Positions 15,443 through 20,000 of a stretch of 20,000 nucleotides of DNA are shown here, piece after piece. The notes under the pieces were generated by a model. That model was given only the letters and a program-made list of their open reading frames with translations. It did no database searches and was not told the origin of the DNA. The stretch is from an uncultured virus (IMG/VR IMGVR_UViG_2718218115_000003) (taxonomy: Duplodnaviria; Heunggongvirae; Uroviricota; Caudoviricetes). The stretch lies in the IMG/VR virus record IMGVR_UViG_2718218115_000003; one strand, written 5' to 3'. Each line of letters starts with the position of its first letter. Within the stretch, counting starts at the first letter, position 1. The translations under genes and the position numbers were made by a program.

Positions 15443-15673
15443 ATGCGTTCAATCCACAATCCCGCCTATCAAGCTCTGATCAAAGAAATAGTGAGCTACC
15501 GAAAGTCAAAAAATATGACTCAAGTCGAACTCGCTTCAAAATTAGATAAGCCTCAACAATATGTCGCTAAGGTAGAAAATTTAGATCGACGAATTGATGC
15601 TATTGAACTTAAACAATGGCTAAAGGCATTGAATGCCGATAGAGATTTTATGATCAAAATTTTGATTGATTAG
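15443..15673 (+). CDS. XRE-family HTH transcriptional regulator
   Basis: RKSKNMTQVELASKLDKPQQYVAKVENLDRRID. Likely start MRSIHNPAY at 15443 (alternative 15425). Confidence 0.9.
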   Translation: MRSIHNPAYQALIKEIVSYRKSKNMTQVELASKLDKPQQYVAKVENLDRRIDAIELKQWLKALNADRDFMIKILID

Positions 15674-15916
15674 TTGAAAAATAAAGTTAAATAAAAAAAG
15701 AACCTTTAACGTTTCCTTCTTTATTTCTAAAATCTATATCTCAAACTTCAATACTCCCTTTATAGGCAGTATTTTTTATAAATATCATAATGTTTATCTG
15801 TTTTTAATAGAACTCTAGGAGGCTCATCTTTATTTCTTATAAGAATAGATTCCTGCTTATGCTTAGCAACTCGTATATCATGAATAAAAATCGTATGATC
15901 CTTACAATTAATTTCA

Positions 15917-17638
15917 TTGCGGATTGTAGCATTCATCTCATTAATTATTGACTTGGCTGGTGGTAAACAGCCTATGGTTGATTTAGTGGATGATAATAAT
16001 AAAGTTGCCTTGATTTACACTGGTGAAATTTATAATTTTCAGGAATTACGTGCTGAGTTGATATCTCGTGGTCATGTTTTTAATACTAAAAGTGATACAG
16101 AGGTTGTCTTAAAGTCTTATGTTGAATGGGGAATAGATTTTGTAGATAAACTGAATGGAATGTACGCATTTGCGATCTGGGATGATCGTATTCGTAGTTT
16201 ATTTTTAGTTCGTGATCGTATGGGGGTTAAACCTCTGTATTATTACCCGACCGCAGATGGTGTTTTATTTGGATCTGAACCGAAAGCAATATTAGCAAAT
16301 GATCTGGCAAAATCTGTTGTAAAAGCGGATGGTTTACGTGAAATTTTTGAAATGGTGAAAACTCCAGAGCATGGAATTTTTCATGGGATGTATGAAGTCC
16401 GTCCAGGTCAATTTTTAAAAATTGACTCATCAGGTATTCAAAAATATCAATATTGGAAGCTAGAGGCAATTGAACATAGTGATGATTTAGAAACAACTAT
16501 AAGTACTACTCGTGATCTACTCGAAGATATTGTTTCGAAACAAATTGTATCTGATGTTCCATTATGTAGCTTACTTTCTGGAGGCTTAGATTCTTCCATC
16601 ATTACTTCTTTAGCTTCAAAAAAATTATTAAATGGTGGTCATGAAAATATCCGATCTTTTTCCGTAGATTTTGTGAATCATGGATCTGGTTTTGTAAGTG
16701 ATTCAGTACGTGGAACTCCGGACGCTCCTTTTGTTAAAGATCTTGTTGATATGATTGGATCATCTCATAAGGAAATTTTAATAGATAGTAAAGATATGGC
16801 AGATGGTCATTTAAGAGAAAAGATTATTCGTGCTTTAGACCTTCCTCCTGCATTTTGGGGAGATATGTGGCCATCTTTATATAAGCTTTTTGAAGAAGTA
16901 AAAAGAAATTCTACCGTTGCTTTATCAGGAGAGTCTGCAGACGAAGTTTTTGGTGGATATCGTTGGTTCCACGATCCTGAAGCGATTAATTCGACGACTT
17001 TTCCTTGGCTCACCTCGGTCACAGCAAAATATTTTGATGGAAAAACGTTATTTTCAAATGATCTTTTGAAAAAATTAGATCTGGATGATTTCGTTCAAGA
17101 TAGTTATTCACAAGCTTTGGCTGAATCCCCAATATTATCAAGTGAGAGTCTTGTTGATAAACGAATGCGTCAGATGAGTTATGTAAATTTAACTCGTTTT
17201 GTACAGACTTTGTTGGATCGTAAAGACCGAATGAGTATGGCTGTTGGGCTTGAAGTACGTGTACCGTTTTGTGATCATCGCTTAGTACAATATGCTTTTA
17301 ATATTCCGTGGCAAATGAAGTCTTTTGATGGTCGTGAAAAAAGTATTTTACGGGCTGCTACCAAAGATATTTTACCTGAATCAATCTCACAGCGTGTGAA
17401 AAGCCCTTATCCATCAACACAAGATCCATCATATGAAAAAGCATTAAGACAGGGTATTGAAGCAATTATAAATGACAGTAATGCTCCAGTTTACGGCTTG
17501 CTTGAAAAGCATAATGTAAATCAGCTTTTACAGAAAAATTTAGGTTCTTCTTCACCAATGTATGACCGTATGGGAATGGAATTAGCCATCGGTTTAAATA
17601 GTTGGTTAAAACAATACAGAGTGAGTGTAGAAATATAA
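15917..17638 (+). pseudogene. asnB: asparagine synthetase B-like (Ntn amidotransferase) gene lacking its first ~45 residues
   Basis: IIDLAGGKQPM, YTGEIYNF, SDTEVVL, RDRMGVKPLYY, LLSGGLDSS, LSGESADEVFGGY, DRMSMAVGLEVRVPFCD. No MCG start or HRGPD upstream; in-frame TGA at 15896-15898. Confidence 0.75.
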
Positions 17639-17675
17639 TAATTGCTTACCCTAAAATAGACTGACAGCCTTTTTT

Positions 17676-17704
17676 AACCGAGCTAAACATTAGCTCGGTT
17701 TTTT
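17676..17704 (+). terminator. rho-independent terminator
   Basis: AACCGAGCTAA-aca-TTAGCTCGGTT-TTTT. Confidence 0.85.
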
Positions 17705-18120
17705 CTCATTTCATCCATTTGATTTGATTAATGATTTTAAAATTATTGAAAGATATTCCTCTTTTAATTTTTATTAACAAAGTTATATTTTTTTTGCTTA
17801 TTGGCTTATAGAAAATAAGAAATATACCGCTATTGATGATTGGTCATTAGACTGGATAATTAATGTTTATATTGGTATTACTGTAGGTCTAATTTCCTTA
17901 ATGTCTTACACAAGGTAAAAGATATTGAAAAGCAGTTAGTGATTCCTAATGACTATATTACTGTGGAGCAAACTCAGAAGATCGATAAGTAAGGTTATTA
18001 TTCACTATTAATCAGCTAGCTTCCCCCCAAGGCCCCCGTGCCACAACAGAACTTTAATTTTTTGCGCTGATTTAAAGTCATCCACCATTGTGACACAGAG
18101 AAGGGAGCTAAGCCAAACGC

Positions 18121-18405
18121 TTAGCCCATGTCATTTTTATCGCACCGCCGCATCACACTAAAAAAAGTAGGGGCAAAGTCCTGTGGGAGAGCAGGACTTT
18201 GCAAACTGACATGTTCTAGGCGTTGCATGAGCTGAGGCGAATACACTTGTTCAAGCCGTTGGTATATACAGTCGCAACTGGCTTGGCTGTGCCCACCCGA
18301 CAGGCAAATTTTTTCAAACTCCTGCTGCGTGTGGAGGTCACAACCCGAAACGCTGTAATCGCCGACGACGAGGCCTAAAACCAAAATAGTTTTATAAAAT
18401 TTCAT
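18121..18405 (-). CDS. small Cys-rich exported/lipoprotein-like protein
   Basis: 94 aa. Signal-like N-terminus ending VSGC (but with an Asp in the h-region). Cys pattern C..C.C..C. Higher GC than its flanks. Confidence 0.6.
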   Translation of the reverse strand: MKFYKTILVLGLVVGDYSVSGCDLHTQQEFEKICLSGGHSQASCDCIYQRLEQVYSPQLMQRLEHVSLQSPALPQDFAPTFFSVMRRCDKNDMG

Positions 18406-18607
18406 ATTATTCTCGTGATGATTTGGGGATATCTCAATGAGAAAAAATAAACCGCTATATTTTAAGTTTTAAAATCATTTTTAAAGGCAATAGTTAACCC
18501 GCCTATAAAAGCAATAAAATAAAATGATTTAAATTTTAAAATAAAAATAATTTATAGATTTAAAACTTTAGATAATAGAAAACCCAAATTTTAAATAAAT
18601 AAAAAGT

Positions 18608-18643
18608 TTATAAGGGAGAGGGGATAAATATATATAGTGGCAT
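18608..18643 (-). CDS. 11-aa ORF MPLYIFIPSPL at the target-gene position of the C4 module
   Basis: SD AAGGAG (18650-18655, minus strand), 6 nt before ATG. TAA at 18608-18610. Confidence 0.35.
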   Translation of the reverse strand: MPLYIFIPSPL

Positions 18644-18700
18644 GGTCAACTCCTTAAAATGTATGGAGCTCTACCACCAGAAATCACCGTCAATTGATTA

Positions 18701-18780
18701 GGGTGGTAGAACGAAAGAGGGTTGACAGACCGGACATACAGAACCAGCACACCCGAAGGTGTCCCCCTTCCGCCCTACCG
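18701..18780 (-). ncRNA. C4-type antisense RNA (P1/P7 C4, P4 CI-like)
   Basis: Minus strand: closing stem GGTAGGGCG/CGTTCTACC followed by ACC; GAAGGGG/CCTCTTT stem; ACACC-TTCG-GGTGT tetraloop hairpin; GCTGG-TTCTGTATGT-CCGGT hairpin (b' loop); CTGTCAA bulge (a'). Confidence 0.8.
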
Positions 18781-18845
18781 CAGCGTGAGGGGGACGGTGG
18801 TTTTTACACAAAGATCTCCCCCTCAGAAGGAGCAAATCTGATGCG

Positions 18846-18868
18846 CTGTATGTATAGCGGTCTGTCAA
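18846..18868 (-). promoter_or_regulatory. C4 upstream target sites a1/b1
   Basis: Minus strand TTGACAGACCG and ACATACAG are exact complements of the C4 segments at 18722-18732 and 18734-18741. Confidence 0.75.
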
Positions 18869-18898
18869 AACCGACTGGCAATGTAGGCCAGCGGGACC

Positions 18899-18927
18899 AT
18901 AATAATCATAAGTTTTTAATAGGTCAA
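18899..18927 (-). promoter_or_regulatory. sigma70 promoter of the C4 operon
   Basis: Minus strand TTGACC-17 nt-TATTAT. Confidence 0.7.
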
Positions 18928-19175
18928 TTCAATTTAAATAAAATATTATAAAAATTTTAAATATAAATTTATATTTTAATTAAACTCAAAAGTTAATATA
19001 TTTAAAGCTGTAAATTAATAAATATAATAAAGCTAAACTAAACGTTTAGACTGCTCTTAAAATGTATATCGGTAATTAATAAATACACGGTGCTGGTCTT
19101 AGCCTTTAAGAGGCTTACCATGTATTTTTTCTATAAAAATGAGTATTCTATTTCGAAATTACAGGACTTGATGAT

Positions 19176-20000
19176 ATGAAAAGATTACTTTTATGTGGGG
19201 TAATAGCGTTTTGTACTACATTACATGCTAAAAATTTAACTTCAATTAATGACATCTATAAATTAAAAGATAAACAATTTGAAGAATGTGAGGTCAATGG
19301 TTTTAGTTTGCTTAAGTTAGATAAGGACTTAACGATTGGCCTTATTGCAAGGTTACATCCCTTTGGCGTTTTAAAACCTGGGGATTTTGATATGAGCGCT
19401 TGTCTAACAAAGAGAAATTTACAGGAAAATGTTATAACGACCTATTTTTGGCAAAAGAATCAAAAATTTGTAGGACAAAATCTTAAAAGTTATGTTGCCT
19501 ATGACAGTTCTAATAAAAATATCTTAGTTATTTTATTAGATAATGATTTAAACACTTATATCTTAGGTAACCGCGACCAATATCTTATCGATGCATTAAA
19601 GAACAGCAGAGACCCAAGTGATGTAGCTTTTAGTCGTATTAACTGGAGTTCTACTAGATCTTTTAGAGATCTTGGACCAAAAAATGTAATTCCTACTAAA
19701 GATGATCTACTTCAAATGCAGGAAGAAAAATACCAGATCGAAAAAAAAGATTTATTGTGTAAAGCTGGTTTTGAGATGGCTGAAAATATTATGAAAGCAC
19801 GTCAAGCTGGAGTGAGTAAAACAATGCAGTTAGACTCAAATGAGCAGAATCTTTATAGATATCCTGAGTACTCAAAATATAAAATGGATTTAATAAATAA
19901 GGCTTATGATGAACCCATTCATGAAAACTCTATAGATAAATATGCTGTTAGTAAGGGATTTGCCTATAAATCATTTTTTGAATGCAAAAAAAGAGTATAG
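19176..20000 (+). CDS. secreted hypothetical protein
   Basis: 274 aa, complete (TAG at 19998-20000). SD AGGA. Signal peptide MKRLLLCGVIAFCTTLHA. C-terminal helical domain bounded by Cys (C...IMKARQAGVS...AYDEP...EC). Confidence 0.8.
   Translation: MKRLLLCGVIAFCTTLHAKNLTSINDIYKLKDKQFEECEVNGFSLLKLDKDLTIGLIARLHPFGVLKPGDFDMSACLTKRNLQENVITTYFWQKNQKFVGQNLKSYVAYDSSNKNILVILLDNDLNTYILGNRDQYLIDALKNSRDPSDVAFSRINWSSTRSFRDLGPKNVIPTKDDLLQMQEEKYQIEKKDLLCKAGFEMAENIMKARQAGVSKTMQLDSNEQNLYRYPEYSKYKMDLINKAYDEPIHENSIDKYAVSKGFAYKSFFECKKRV

Noticed and set aside
15674..17638. Lasso-peptide cyclase with upstream precursor
   Set aside because: The protein retains most of the glutaminase domain and AsnB-specific motifs. 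No B1/B2 peptidase genes, and no convincing precursor ORF in 15674-15916.
17731..17993. Fragmentary hydrophobic reading frames (MILKLLKDIPLLIF..., DDWSLDWIINVYIGITVGLISL...)
   Set aside because: Possibly a decayed membrane-protein gene, but broken by stops and frameshifts in very AT-rich DNA. It cannot be supported without homology.
18694..18951. 85-aa plus-strand ORF
   Set aside because: TTG start without a clear SD, and it lies antisense to the C4 RNA module, which explains the GC-rich stop-free stretch.

Overview
The window is AT-rich and most likely comes from Acinetobacter (inferred from gene content, a UmuDAb-type SOS box and an IS903-group IS end). It spans the right end of a tailed prophage and the start of a second integrative island. 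Bases 1-13286 are prophage: the 3' end of a DdrB/polyvalent-like protein, a 1276-aa SF2 helicase + N6-adenine methyltransferase (DarB-like), putative tail/baseplate genes, a lysis cassette, AT-rich morons, an IS5-family remnant, and a SRAP-umuD-umuC module. The prophage ends at a displaced copy of the tmRNA (ssrA) 3' end at 13263-13286. Bases 13287-20000 are a second island: a P4-type tyrosine integrase, a LysM protein, an XRE regulator, an N-terminally truncated AsnB-like amidotransferase, a complete C4-type antisense RNA module, and secreted hypothetical proteins. The most notable unexplained signals are: (i) a 119-aa gene with its own Shine-Dalgarno, overprinted in the +1 frame on the disordered linker of the DarB-like protein; (ii) an exactly spaced motif, TGGAAC-N10-TTA-N20-ATAG, before three late gene blocks; (iii) an unusual lysis cassette with a membrane-domain/endolysin fusion followed by a 31-aa lipoprotein in the spanin position; (iv) a C4 RNA switch whose target is only an 11-codon ORF; and (v) twin 18-bp palindromes at the umuC end. 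All family calls come from motif recognition by eye; no database search was run.
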